This document shows positions 38,085 through 50,869 of a stretch of 64,000 nt of DNA, piece by piece. The number at the start of each line of letters is the position of its first letter. The stretch's first letter is position 1. A model generated the notes under the pieces. The model saw nothing but the letters and a program-made list of their open reading frames with translations, was not told the DNA's origin and did not search any database. A program made the translations under genes and the position numbers. The stretch lies in contig JBNRSN020000025.1 in NCBI GenBank assembly GCA_051313645.2, positions 32,798,001-32,862,000 of the forward strand, read 5' to 3'. The DNA is from Centroscyllium fabricii. Its lineage: Eukaryota.

Positions 38085-39152
38085 TAGTGTCCGCCAACCC
38101 TCTAGGATTGTCCTGGTTTCTCCAGGAATTGAAGATTAATCTCCAGGGCACTGCTGCGAACGACCCAGGAGAAAAATTATGGGGTTATTAAAAAGTTTTT
38201 TCCCCCATTTGGTTTGAATACTTTCATTTATTGGCCCAGAAATTGCAGTGGAGCCTTCGTGCGGGTGCAGTACCTGCTTAACGCACTTTAATTGCCCATA
38301 TTCAGTTTTGCTTTTTTGCACTGAGAAATCCCGTTAGCCCAGCCTGTCAGAGCTCCATGCGAGTTTCATGGGCATCTGAAGGGTGTAATTAGTGCGAGTG
38401 GCTTTTGAGACCACGTGATTGGCAGGGAGCCAATCAGTGGAAGCAATTCTCCGTTCAAAACTTCCACAGAGAAATCTGTGCGAGTTTTGAAAGGAGAGAT
38501 TGCCAAAAGACATCTAAATACAAAAATAAAATTTTACAAACACCACATTTTTTAAACATTACCCCAACTAACACAAATAACCTATTTTAAAGAAAAAATA
38601 AAAATTTGCAGAATTTTTTTTCAACTTCCAACAGGTCTAAAAAAATACTTACCTGTCTTTAAAGTTATCAACAATTAAAAACCTGAAAAAACAACAATTA
38701 AAATCAATAAAATACACACTTACCAGATAAAAACGGGTGTTTACGACTCCTATTTTCCAGCGTTGAATTTTCTGCTCTTGGTCCGTAGAAAAACGTTTAA
38801 AAAATGTCAGAATGACTGGATAATCCCGTAGTTCGCTGCTTCCTGCGCTGGACCTCGCAGGGAGCAGCGACCCCCCCGCTGGGCGGCACAGGAAAACCCG
38901 AAGCGTGCGCTACCGGCTGCTTCCTGCGGGTTTAAGCTCTGGTGCGCTCGCACCAGAGCTTAAACCCGATATGCGCAGACTGCAATTTCTGGGCCATTAG
39001 ATGATTCTCGACTGTCAATCGGCTTCCAAATTGGCGTAGGAAGGCGCCATGAGGATGTATGTGTTGGGTGACGAATGGTGGGAGTGTGGGGGCGGGCAGT
39101 TGAACATATGATGAAAGCTCCAGGTACATGCAACCAAAGTTGGCTACCCCAA
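38085..39152. mobile_element. Decayed hAT-like non-autonomous element hosting a MITE
   Basis: Ends resemble TAGGGTTGCCAAC (tagtgtccgccaac ... gttggctacccca). Confidence 0.45.
38233..38995. mobile_element. PIF/Harbinger-like MITE (763 bp)
   Basis: ATT|GGCCCAGAAATTGCAGT ... ACTGCAATTTCTGGGCC|ATT, a perfect 17-bp TIR. AT-rich middle like 16464-17197. Confidence 0.9.
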
Positions 39153-40882
39153 TGTAGCTGTTCGATGCACATTTTGACAACAGTCATATCAAAGATTTGG
39201 AGCAAGTAACTGTTACTGAAAACCTTAAAGTCATGAATAACCAGTCAGAATTCAACAGAACTTCTCTGAATAAATCAGTACAGCCTACAGAATCTTTAGG
39301 TTTTACTTTGCCACATTTTATGCCAGCCTAGTTCATCTCAAGTTTCTTGAGTTCCTTGCAGCAGGTATTATAGGTGCACTTCCAGGAGGGGTAACAATCA
39401 GGAGTGGGAGCCCAGGCTGCTTTTCTGAGAGACAATGAAGCCAACTGTAGCAACCCCCCACAGCTAAGATCAGCAACACGGTACAGGTCCCGGACTGAAC
39501 GTTGGGCCTTCCTGGTCTGTCTGGCTCGCCTACTCAATGTTTTAACCAGCTGTGCCACCAGGAAAGGACCATTACCATGCCATGTTACAATAAAGTAAAG
39601 AAGAATTTAATTAAAAAATAATCATCCTCATGGTATTGACTGCAGACTACTGTGTAACCCTGGTGTCCTGAACAATCTTCACCTAAGGAAATCCTCCCAT
39701 AATTTGCTCTCAACCATTGCAAAGTTGTTTCATTGATCTATCATGATTAAATATCCTCAACTGTAACAAAACACAATAAGGTGCTGTGCCAAATTACTAA
39801 TACTGGGATTTTATTTCACCGGCTTCATTGACTTGTTCCAATTATTTTCATCGTCACTCAACATATTGCAGCTGGCAGTTATAAAGACATGCTGTTACAG
39901 CTGAGGTACTCAAACTGTGCACCAAACTGAGACCAGCCAGTATCCCTATGTAGACCTGCTGTTATCTAATGAGAAATCCGACAGTCAGCATCCTCCAGGT
40001 GTATGGGAATTGTACCTTCAAGCTCAATTAGTCACTATCCACAATCTTAATATCTTAAGTTAAAGCAGCTGTGTGTGGTGATTAGGTAAGCGTTAATCGT
40101 TTAATTTCAAAGTATATTTCACATTGAACTCCAGACTGGTAATTTAAATCACCAGGTACATCTCCTGAAACTTTATGCTAAACCAGGATACATCAGAATA
40201 CTTTAAAAAAAATGACTTGCCTGTAGTTATCTTCCTCAATTTCTTTTGTACTGCATGCTGTGCATGATGGGAAAGGACCATTCAGCTCATTTGTTTAGTA
40301 CATTAACCCACCCGACATGGCATCTAATTGCATTTTGAATAACCAGTGTATTTGTCTCTATTGTCTTGCCCGGTAGATTATTCCAAACGGTTAATACTCT
40401 AGGGAGTTTTAAAATCTGCTATCTGCTCTAAATTTGCTTCTTTTTTCTATTGACGCTCTATGAGCCAACTTTTCAATTCTACATTGAAATAATAATGACT
40501 TCACTTTAGGCATACTATTTAATATTTTATGTAATTTGATGATGAGTGCCCCCACTTAATTGTCTCCTTTCTAGACTGTAGGGCTCAAGTTGCTCTACTC
40601 TTCCCTCAAAGCTCATGGGATCAGTCTTGTTGCCCATTTCAGTCTCCTTTCTAATACAACTTTTTGTGATATGATATTTATAACTGAATAGTATTCAGTA
40701 CTGTCTGACCAGTACATTGTAAAGCCTTAACTTTTGATTAGTTTAGTTTCTATGAGTTAGTAGGTTGTGAGTTCAAACACCACTATGGACTTGAGCATAT
40801 TAGGAACAGAGGAACAGGAGTAAGCCACGCAGCCCCTTGAGCCAATTCCACCATTCAATTTGATCATGGCTGATCTGTACCT

Positions 40883-41272
40883 CAATTCAAGTTTTATTGT
40901 CATTGCAGAGTACTAGTACAATACAACGAGACGAAGACTCGACGCTCCCGATAGTGCAAATAAATTACATGCAAATTGCATACAGTAAAGTACATTATCA
41001 GGCGTGCAGGTACCGGAGTTTATTTTTTTTTTTTTTTTTTAGAGTTCAGGAGGCTGACAGCCCTGGGGAAGAAGCTGTTCTTAAATCTAGTCGTGCGGGT
41101 GCGAATTGATCTGTAGCGTCTCCCGGAGGGCAGGGGGGCGAACAGACTGTGGCTGGGGGGGGTGTGGGGTCTTTAATAATGTTTAGAGACCTCCGTAAGC
41201 AGCGTTTGAGGTAGATGCTTTCCATTGACGGTAGCTGGGTACCGGTGATTCGTTGGGCAGTTTTGACTACCC
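40883..41272 (-). mobile_element. Rex1/Babar-type LINE 3' end inserted in a CR1 tail
   Basis: ORF 41046-41324 has RVVKTAQRITGTQLPS; reverse complement of the 14625-15027 family. Confidence 0.75.
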
Positions 41273-42590
41273 TAACTCTATTACCCATTGTTGATCCATA
41301 CCCTTCGATACTCTTAACCAACAAAAAGCTATCCCTCTCAGTCTTGAAAATGTCAATTGACCCAGCATATATAATCTAGTTATGATACTTCCATGCAGTA
41401 CTGAAGGAGTGCTGAATTATTAGAGGTGCCTTCTTTGGATTGGACGTTAAACAGAGGCCCTGTCCAACTACTCAGGTGGGCTATTCAAAGAAGACCAGAG
41501 AGTTCTCCCAGTGTCCTGGCTAAGATTTCTCCCTAACCAATACACCAAAAAAATGTCTGAATGTTCATTTTCTGTTTGTGGGACCTTGCTGAACCCAAAA
41601 TGGCTGCTGAGTTTCCTACACAACACTGAACATGTCAAAAGTAATTCATTGGTTATAAAGCGCTTTAGGACATTCTGAGGACGAGATAACATGCTATATA
41701 AACACAAGTTCTTTCTTTCTCTGCCTATGTAATTCTGGAGATGGTCACTACAAAGCATTTTAATTTGACAAACTATCATTGAAGGTTGATTTGCGATTCT
41801 CCTGCCATTGTCTACATTTCTCTACTAAAAAGCCGGGGACATCCATAAACTCAAAAACACTCATATTTTCATGGCTTTGCTGAGCTGTCTATAAGGGTCT
41901 CCACTTAGCTGCAAATATGCCTTGATTAGGAGTAGCCATAGGAACAAAGGTAAAAAAGGAAGACTTGTGCTCATAAGACCACCTGTAACTTCTGGGAGCT
42001 CTACTTGAATATATTAGCTTCCAATATTTGCTGACTATATGAGCAACTGTGCAAATCTTTTTGCACAGTTGCTGATCCCAGGCACTTAATCTCAGCAGTG
42101 TTCCAGTAATGTGGCTGTACAGTATCAGTCGCTATAAATAATGCACAAGGCTACCTAATGTCTCAGCCTTTAAAATATTAAAAAGGTGCATCCCATTTCA
42201 GATGAGCTTCAAAACATGCGTCATCAATTTAGCCAACCTGAATAGAAATACGATAGCTATAAAAAGGTCACTGACTTTTTGATCAGAGCACATTTTTCCT
42301 CAGGTTTTTTTTTTACACAAAAAAAAGAGATCACCAGTGTCTTAACAAAAAGCATAAAAACTACAGATGCTGGAAATCTAAAACAGAAACAATAAATACT
42401 GGAAACACTCAGATCAGTCAGCATCTGTGGAGAGAACACATGAGTTCACGTTCTGGGTGCGGTCCCTTTGTCAAAACTGGAAGATATTACAGATTAACAG
42501 CATTTACAAAAGAACAGAAGGGAAGAGGAAGGAAAAAACTCAGAAAAGAAACAGAATAACCTGTAAAGTGTTTTAAGTGGAAAACAGCAG

Positions 42591-43437
42591 GGGGAAAGTC
42601 GGCTGCTTTGCGCCTCCCGTTAGCGCCCTAAGAGGGGCGCAAAGCAACTAGCTATGTTTTCGCCGCTCGAGAAATTGACCAGACATTTTGTGGTGACGCT
42701 AAACACTATCACCACGATCTCCTGCGCCCGCAGATCGTGAAGTCAGTCGAGCGTGCAACGCCCCGGACCGAATATTGAGTGACGCCCCCTGCCTTTCCGC
42801 CTGTCGCTAGCAACGACAGGTAGAGGGGAACGTTATGCAGTCAGGAAGGGACTGGGGGAGCGCTATTTAAAGGCAGCCGCTTCCTGCCCTTTTTTGTCGG
42901 CGACATTTTTGCACCACGCATTCTGAGAGAGAGAGACTTCTGGAGAGATTCAACGCTGTGTGAAGGAGTTTTGGGTACTGAGCAGCACTTTACAGGTTCA
43001 TTTTGATTTGACCTTCCTTGCATTGATTTAGAAGCGACTTGGGGGCTGCACTCCGAACTCTTTCCCTGGCCTCTCCATTGTTCTTTCCAGCAGATTTGAT
43101 GTACAGGTCTCTCCAGGCCGAGTTTCAAGGCTGCAATGGGCAGGGTGTGGATGGAGTGCAAGATCAACCCTCCCCTTTAAGAACTAGACGGTGCCAGTGT
43201 GTCTGTGTTCCATTGCTAACTGACATCACATGAACTTCGCCAGCACACTGAGGTAGCACCTCGCTCCTCGCCATTAGCGCCTTGAAAGGATTGTAGTGCT
43301 TGATTTAGTGCTCCAATTACCTCCAGGGGTGACAGAAGCCAAGTTTGCATTCGGAAACGATAATTGGCAGCAGGTGCTAAATGTTGCACTCAGCCGATAA
43401 TTGCGCCCCAAACGGGGTGATACTGAATTACTCCCCC
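42591..43437. mobile_element. Harbinger-like MITE inside a decayed Penelope remnant (~42345-44070)
   Basis: CAG|GGGGAAAGTCGG ... CTGAATTACTCCCCC|CAG, imperfect TIR. Confidence 0.65.
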
Positions 43438-44549
43438 CAGATGTTTAAATGGTAGAAATGATATTGACAATGACAACAGGAGGCAAAACTAAAATCAACA
43501 AAATTAAAGAAGTCACACAACACCAGGTTATGGTCCAGCTGTTGGACTATAATCTGGTGTTGTGTGACTTCTTACATTTGTCCACCCCAGTCCAACAACG
43601 GCACCTCCACATCACAACAAAATTAAAGACAGAGAACTGAAGGAAGATGAGGCAGGTAGAAATGGAAGAGCAAAAGACTGACAAAACGTAGCAGGCTCCA
43701 GTGACCCAGGAGAAAAATTAAAACCAGGGTGCCAGCACAGTATTCCAATGGAGGAACCCCACTACAAGCACTAACCTGTTCTCGCTCCCCTCCCCCAATC
43801 AACCTCCTCCACCTCCCAAATCATCGGCATACCCATTTCACATAGCCAGTGATTCCTGCTGAAGAGAACTTGGGATCGATAATTAAGGTCTCATTATTTA
43901 TGTCAATATTAAAGTCAGAGGTCTGTCGAGTGCCTAACAGAAAAATATGGTGATGTTCTTTACGTTGAGCTTCTTCGGTACACTGTAAAAGGCCAAAGGT
44001 AGAGAAGTCACGGTGGGAGAGGGATGAGCAATTGAAGTGGGTAAGCAACAGGGAGCTCGGGGATGCACGGACAGAACAAAGGTGTTCATTAGTCACCTAA
44101 TCTGTGTTTGCTCTCCCCAATCATTACTGTCTTATTCATTCTGAGGAAAATCAAGCAAGCTCTTTGAATGATGCAGGGTTCTGCCTTTATAATAGTTATC
44201 GAAATGTCAGGCAAACAAAAGGAATTTGAAAGAAAAGAAAGAACTTGCATTTATATAGCGTCTTTCACAACCTCAGGATATCCCAAAACGCTTCACGGCC
44301 AATCAAGTACTTTTGAAGTGTAGTCAATGTTACAATTTGGCGAAATAAATGATTTAATCATCTAGTTATGAATGAAACTATAAGTAAGTATCATGTTGCA
44401 TAGAGTTGCTTGGGAACGAATGAACTTGGGTTTATGAATTGTAATTATGTCCCAAAGTGCTTCAGACACTTATATTGAAGTGCAACCACTGATGCTGTGC
44501 ACGTGAATATGGCAGACATTTTGTACAAGATGAACAATTTATTTCTGAT

Positions 44550-46165
44550 ATAAAAACAGAAAATGTTGGAAATACTCAGCAAGTCAGGCAGCATCTGTGG
44601 AGAGAAACAAAGTTAACGTTTCAGGTCGATGACCTTTAATCAGAACTGGAAAAAGTTTAAAGATGTAACAGGTTTTAAGCAAATACAGAGGCAGGGAAAG
44701 GGGGAAGAGGAGAAAAGAACAAAAGGGAAGGTCTGTGCTAGGTACTTCTTTCAATTTAGTACACTGTATTCGCTGCTCACAATGCCATCTCCTCTACATT
44801 GGGGAGACCAAACGCAGATTGGGTGACTGCTTTGAACACCTCCGTTCAGTCTGCAAGTGTGACCACAAGCTTCCTGTCGCTTGAATTCTCCATCCCACTC
44901 TGTCCTCGGCCTCTTACATTGTTCCAATGAAGCTCAACGTAAGCTCGAGGAACAGCACCTCATCTTTTGATTAGGCACTTTACAGCCTTCCGGACTCAAC
45001 ACTGAGTTCAACAATTTCAGACCATAACCACTGCCCCCATTTTTTCGGTCAGCAGCTGTTGGTAATGATTCTGCTATTCCCATTTACATCTCCTCTAGAC
45101 ACATCTTTTGTTTCTTTACTTGTCCCATTACCATCCTCTTTTGCCTTGCACCATCATTCCTTTTGTTATTTAATCTCTCCTGCCTTCCCATCCTATCAGA
45201 TTTCCTTTTTGTTCTTTCCTCCCCTCCCCCGCCCCCCCTCCCTTTCCCTGCCTCTGCACTTGCTTAAAACCTTTGTATTTCTAACTTTATCCAGTTCTGA
45301 TTGAAGGTAATCAACCTGAAACATTGGGGGAGATTTTTCCGGAAGGGCGGGAACCTGGCGGGGATTGGTTTGGGCGGCTTCCGGCCCCGCCCGCCCAAAC
45401 AGCTGAGAAGCCCACGCAATTTTAGTTTAATTAGGTTGTTAAATCCCCGTCGGCGGGAGCGGGAGGTAATTAGGTCAATCGAGTCAGGCTGCAGCGGAGC
45501 TGCGAGCAGCTTGATTGACAGTTCCAGCACTGGTTGTTGTCAGTTCCCATGGAAAGACTCCACTGTGACATCACAGTGGAGTGGAGCCAATGGGAAAGGC
45601 CAAGTGCTGGTGACTGACAGGTGGGCGGGCGGGATCCGAATCCCTCACAGCGGCTCAGGAGCTGTGCAGAACTGAGATTGCTCAGTTTCTGCTAACAGCT
45701 GCTGCTTAAGCCAGAATGGAGTTACTTACTCCTCTAAGGTGCTGGAGGCATGCCAAGCATTTGGCAGCATGTCCTTCACACCTTAAAGGAGAAAGTAATA
45801 AATTCAAGAAGTCACACAACACCAGGTTATAGTCCAGAAGTAATAACCAATGCTGTGCTCCCGCTGGGTTTCACCCAGCGGGGTTTAAGGTGGCAGGGTT
45901 AGGGCGGAAAACAGGGCAAAATGGCTGAGGGCCCTTAAAATGGCATTAAAGGTGCCAATTAAGGGCCCTTAACGAGGTTGTCCCATGGGAGGGGCGGGAC
46001 CTGCCGGTTGCGCTATTTTGCTGGCCGGTCTGCCGGAAACCCCGCCTCACGGGGACATGAAAATGCAGGCAGCATCTCTCTCCACAGATGCTGCCTGACC
46101 TGCTGAGTATTTCCAGCATTTTTTGTTTCTATTTCAGATTTCTAGCATCCACAGTATTTTGCTTT
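44550..46165 (+). mobile_element. Penelope-like element 3' part with inverted terminal-repeat copy, interrupted by a MITE
   Basis: CIRCSQCHLLYIGETKRRLGD (GIY-YIG) at ~44766-44830. 44550-44737 is an inverted copy of 45195-45325 plus 46073-46165. Confidence 0.8.
45326..46064 (-). mobile_element. Harbinger-like MITE family H
   Basis: Starts GGGGGAGATTTTTCC. Reverse complement of 30389-31172. Confidence 0.85.
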
Positions 46166-46469
46166 GAATTTCTTTTCGATGGTGCTGGTTGAGGGAAGAA
46201 TGTTGGGAAGGTGAACAGGATCTTTAATGTCTACATGACCAGGCGGACAGGATCTTGCTTTAACATTCCATCTGAAGAACAGCCTCTCTTCACAACTGAG
46301 CACTCAGTTATGTACTGAAGTGTCAGCCCAGATTGTGTGCTTAAGTACTGAATTGAGACTTCAACCCTCAACCATCTGACTCTCAGGTGATAATGGTACC
46401 CGCTGAGCCAAGATGACATTTTAGAAAGAAGATCCGCAATACTGCTCAGGTTCTAGGTGCTGCAGGTTT

Positions 46470-47325
46470 CAGGAGGACAGACAGACTGGTGAAATTGGCA
46501 GACACATCGCAGATGTAATTTAATGTGATTAGGTGTGAAGTGATGTACTCTGGCAGAAATAACATGAAGAGGTAGTATAATCTAAATGGTACTACAGGTA
46601 TTTGGAGAGGAGTACAGAGGGGCTTGGGAATAAATATTCACAAATCTTTGAAGGTGACAGGGCAAGTTGAGAAGGTGATTCAGGAAGCGTATGCGATACT
46701 TGGCTTTGTAAATATGAGCATGGAATACAAAAACAAGGAAGTCATGCTAAATCTTTACAAATCTCTGGCTAGGTCTTAGCTAGAGTATTGTGTAAAATGC
46801 TGGGCACCACACTTTAGGAAAGATGTCAAGGCCCTGGAGAGGATACAGAGGAGGTTTACCAGGATGATACCAGGGATGAGGGAGTTCAGTGGAGAGATTG
46901 GAGAAGCTGGGATTGTTCTCCTTAGAGCAGAGAAGGTGAAGGGGAGACCTAATCGAAGTATTCAAAATTATGAGCAGTTTTGATAGAGCAAGTAGGGAGA
47001 AACTATTTCCTCTGGCAAGTGGGTTGGTAACCAGAGGTCATAGATTTGAAACAATTGGCAAAAGAACTAGAGGGGAAATGAGGAGAAATTTCTTCACACA
47101 GAAGGTTATGATGATCTGGAATGCACTACCTAAAAGGGTGATGGAATCAGAGTCCATAGGAACTTTTAAATGGCAATTGGGCATGTACTTGAAGAGGACT
47201 AATGTGCCGGGTTATGGGGAAAAAGCTGGGGTGTGGGACTAACTTGGACAGCTCTTTCAAAGAGCCGGCACAGGCATGATAGGCCGAATGGCCTCCTTCT
47301 GTGTGAAAGATTCTATTCTATGCTT
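46470..47325 (+). mobile_element. Older CR1 3' fragment
   Basis: RRNFFTQKV and IWNALPKRV motifs plus 3' UTR. Confidence 0.85.
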
Positions 47326-47859
47326 CTACAGTATTGCAGGAAGGTATATTTATAGGGGCAATGTAGGCATCCCTCACTCTTGAATTGTCAGTCACCATGT
47401 AGCAAAACATTCTCAGTTTGATAACTTCCAATTAAAAACGACAGAAAAGCAAAATATTTGGAATTCTGATTTTCGTTATTTTATGCAGTCAAACAGCATT
47501 GAACAATATAAAAACTGGGTATGTATTGTCATTAATCTGACCACGGTAAAAAAAAATCAAACCATCACCCATTGATTTTCTGTGCAGTTTAACCAATTTA
47601 TATGGGGGATGGATGCCAGTAAGCATTTAAGTACAATCAAAGGTACATTTATTATATGGATCAAGTCTGAGTGATTTGTGCTGACTTTTTTTGTTTATGG
47701 CTATTAGATCAGCCAATACTGCATTAGCTGCTAATACTTTTGTTCCTCTCATTAAAACATAAGCATTTTATTTTTACTGTCTGCTCCACAATGCACATCA
47801 CACCATTACCCTGACAAAGGAGGAAACTGTCTCATTCCCAAGAGTCTCTACTCCTAATA

Positions 47860-48196
47860 CAGGTTGTGCACCATTAATCCGGCACCAGGCCGGTGCCGGA
47901 CTAGTGAAAAATCTGAACGACTGAAGGTTCGGCGAGCGCATGCGTAGACCATTCAAAATGGCCACCACGCATGCGCAAACCATTCAAAATGGCCACCGCA
48001 CATGCGCAGACCATTCAAAATGGCCACTGCGCATGCGCAGACCATTCAAAATGGCCACTGCACATGCGCAAACCAGTCAGGGAGAGGCCCGCGCATCACA
48101 AGCGTCCCTGGGATCACGTGGGCCAGCCAGTCGGATTCGTGCCGGACCACTGAAGTTGCCAGACCATCGGGTCCCGGATTAACGGTGCACAACCTC
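47860..48196 (+). mobile_element. Tigger/pogo-like MITE family A relative, with 31-bp unit x4
   Basis: TA|CAGGTTGTGCACCATTAATCCG ... CGGATTAACGGTGCACAACCTC|TA. Unit gcgcatgcgcagaccattcaaaatggccacc. Confidence 0.85.
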
Positions 48197-49626
48197 TATT
48201 CTGTCACCAGCCACTGGATGTACAAGAGTGCCTCACAATCAGATTTTCCCTCTCTCCCTAGGGAGGAGAGATCCAACCTGTTCTCAGCATTTCTCTTGTG
48301 GACCATGATTCAGTCCAGGTGATGTGGGAAACTGCAAACCCACGGCACACCACGCCTTGCAGTGGAGGAATCATACATTGAATTGGCTAAAACATGTGAA
48401 TTCAAAAAAAATAAAAACTGATCAAAATAAATGAATAATTAGAAAAACTTGAAACATTTATATTTTGCCTAAAATTTGACAATTGGAATGTGAAGTAGAA
48501 ATACTAAAATCTAATGAAATTTATGGTATTAAAAGTATTCAGTTGTACTCTCATTCAACTATTTTTCATTCTGACTTTCATAAAAATTCCAAAACATATA
48601 AATTAAATATATTCACGTTAAAAGGTCCTCTGCCAGAGGGTACTTTTTGAAACAACTAGAAGGACAAGGGCAGCAAGTGCATGGGAATACCATCATGATT
48701 ACAAGCACTACTCAAATTCCATTCTGTATCTGGGTAGATAAAATCCCCCATTTTAAAAAACATTCCCATTGCTGATTGCTTTCCTTGCTTCCCTGTGAAA
48801 TACCTGGTTAGTGTTCGGGGCTTGGACTAGTGGTTGGTAGTAAATTCCTACCAGTAGTATCTCCTTGCTTCCCTCATTTAACTGTAACTGGAGTGATCCT
48901 TGATGGTTTGTACCAGATTTCCTCAATAAAAAATGTAATGCCTCCTCCCTACACCTACATCTATCTCTTCTAGTTTATACTCCTTCCAGTGTTGTCTCCT
49001 ATTTGTGCTACCGCCTGTACCAAGTTTCCATTGTAACTACGATATTATATGCACTAAGCCATCTAATTCTGCTGCCTTTACTGGTGGACAACCCCTTCCT
49101 TTCCCGTTTGTCTCAGTTGTGTTTGATTTTTTTCCCCTTCCTGTGAGGGTTGTGTGTGAAATTAATTTAGGCAGTCTCAAGCCAGTTAATAATGGGCATA
49201 AGTGTACAGCAACAACACCTTGCATTTATATAGTGCCTTTAATATAGCAAAACACCCCAAGGTGCTTCACAGGAGCAATTATCAAACAAAATATGACACA
49301 GAACCACATAAGGAGATATTAGGACAAGTGACCAAAAGCTGTGTCAAAGAGGTAGGTTTTAAGGAGCATCTTAAAAGGAAGAGAGAGGGGTAGAGAAGCA
49401 GAGAGGTTTAGCAAAAAAGCTGGTGCCAAATTTGACAGTCTCACTCAGATGAAACAATAGCTGTTGTGGGGAGTAGAAAGATTCATACTTGTGCAGGAGA
49501 GGGATGGTGGCTGGGGCAAGGACATATTGCTGTGACAAGGACATATTGCTGGGACAGGGTAGGGGGAACTTTACTTTACATCTGACTATACTATACCTTA
49601 ACTGAGTGCTCAATGGTGACACAAGT

Positions 49627-50439
49627 GGGGGAATTTTCAATGAGCTGTGAGGGCGCATTTCCGGCGGGGCGGGGCTTAAAAATCGCAAAACCGGGGGGTC
49701 CCGACCCCTCCTGCCGGATCCCCGCCGCTTTGCAGTTTTTGGCCGGCGTGTTGAGCCGGCCCGAATCTTTGCCGGCTGCCACCGGCGGGTTTGATCATTG
49801 TGCTCATTAGGGGCCCTTATTTGCCGTGGGTAATCTCATTTTAAGAGCCCCTCGCGATTTTGAAGCCCTTCCCACCCATAGCCCTCCATCCTGAAACCCT
49901 GCCGATGAAACCTAGCGGGATCACATTCGGCCTGGTCACTTTCACCTTCAAGGCATTGAAGCACCTGTAGCAGAATGCCTTCCAGGCCTTCAACACCCTG
50001 GAGGTGTAAGTGACTCCCTTGTCTGAAGAGCAGCTATGGAAAAAACCTTCCACAAACTTACCTGACAGATGAATGGAAATGCTTCACAGAGAGACAGCCC
50101 CTAACTGCGTGAGCTTTCCAGCGAGTCCTTAGGCCTATCACTCAATCCACTTGAGCTTTGAGATAGGTTGCACTCCATTGTGATGTCACAATGCACAGTT
50201 TCTATGGAAACTAACAATACACAGTCCTTAGTCCTGTCAATCAAACCTCCGGCTATCAGCTGCAGCGCCGCCACATTCTGACTGGAATCAGTCAATTGGC
50301 AGGGGCTCTGACACGCAGGCAATTAATTGGCCAATTAAGCCAAAATTGCGTGGGGCTCTGAGGCCCTTCAACATTCAGGTCAGAAACCTGATCTGCCCAA
50401 AACCCGCCAGTTTCCCACGCCTTTGCGAAAATCCCCCCC
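49627..50439 (+). mobile_element. Harbinger-like MITE family H
   Basis: GGGGGAATTTTC ... GAAAATCCCCCCC with the shared hairpin block. TSD not evident. Confidence 0.8.
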
Positions 50440-50869
50440 TTGGAGTCAGAGGTGGAGAAAGGGTTCCATTCCCTAGCATCGACAATCGACTCATTATGAG
50501 CACAAAAATTCAACAACAAAAATTAGAGGTGAGGATAGGAAAGGTATCTATCACTCTGATCTCGAACTATACTGACTTATGGACCACTGAACAATGCATC
50601 ATGCACAGAAGTGAAATATCAGTCTTCTGGGATCTGTGGAGGAATGCAGAAACAAATGCTAAGCCTTAAAGTTAACAATTCATTGAAAATCAAATACTGT
50701 GGGAAACTGGAGGTGGTCTGTACTTTACACTAACAACATTCTCTTTAACTGCTTGGCTGTCCTTGTTTGAATATTCTTTTATTATAAAGGTTAATTAGGC
50801 TCTTGAGGTATCTATTTTAGATGACTAAGTTGAACAAATTAATTTTGTAGAATAAAATCAACTTACAGC

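Noticed and set aside
49841-50053. Recurring peptide VTYTSRVLKAWKAFC..FN.LK in family H MITEs as a conserved coding exon
   Set aside because: It overlaps hairpin 3, and indels in other copies break the frame. Similarity is explained by repeat homology.
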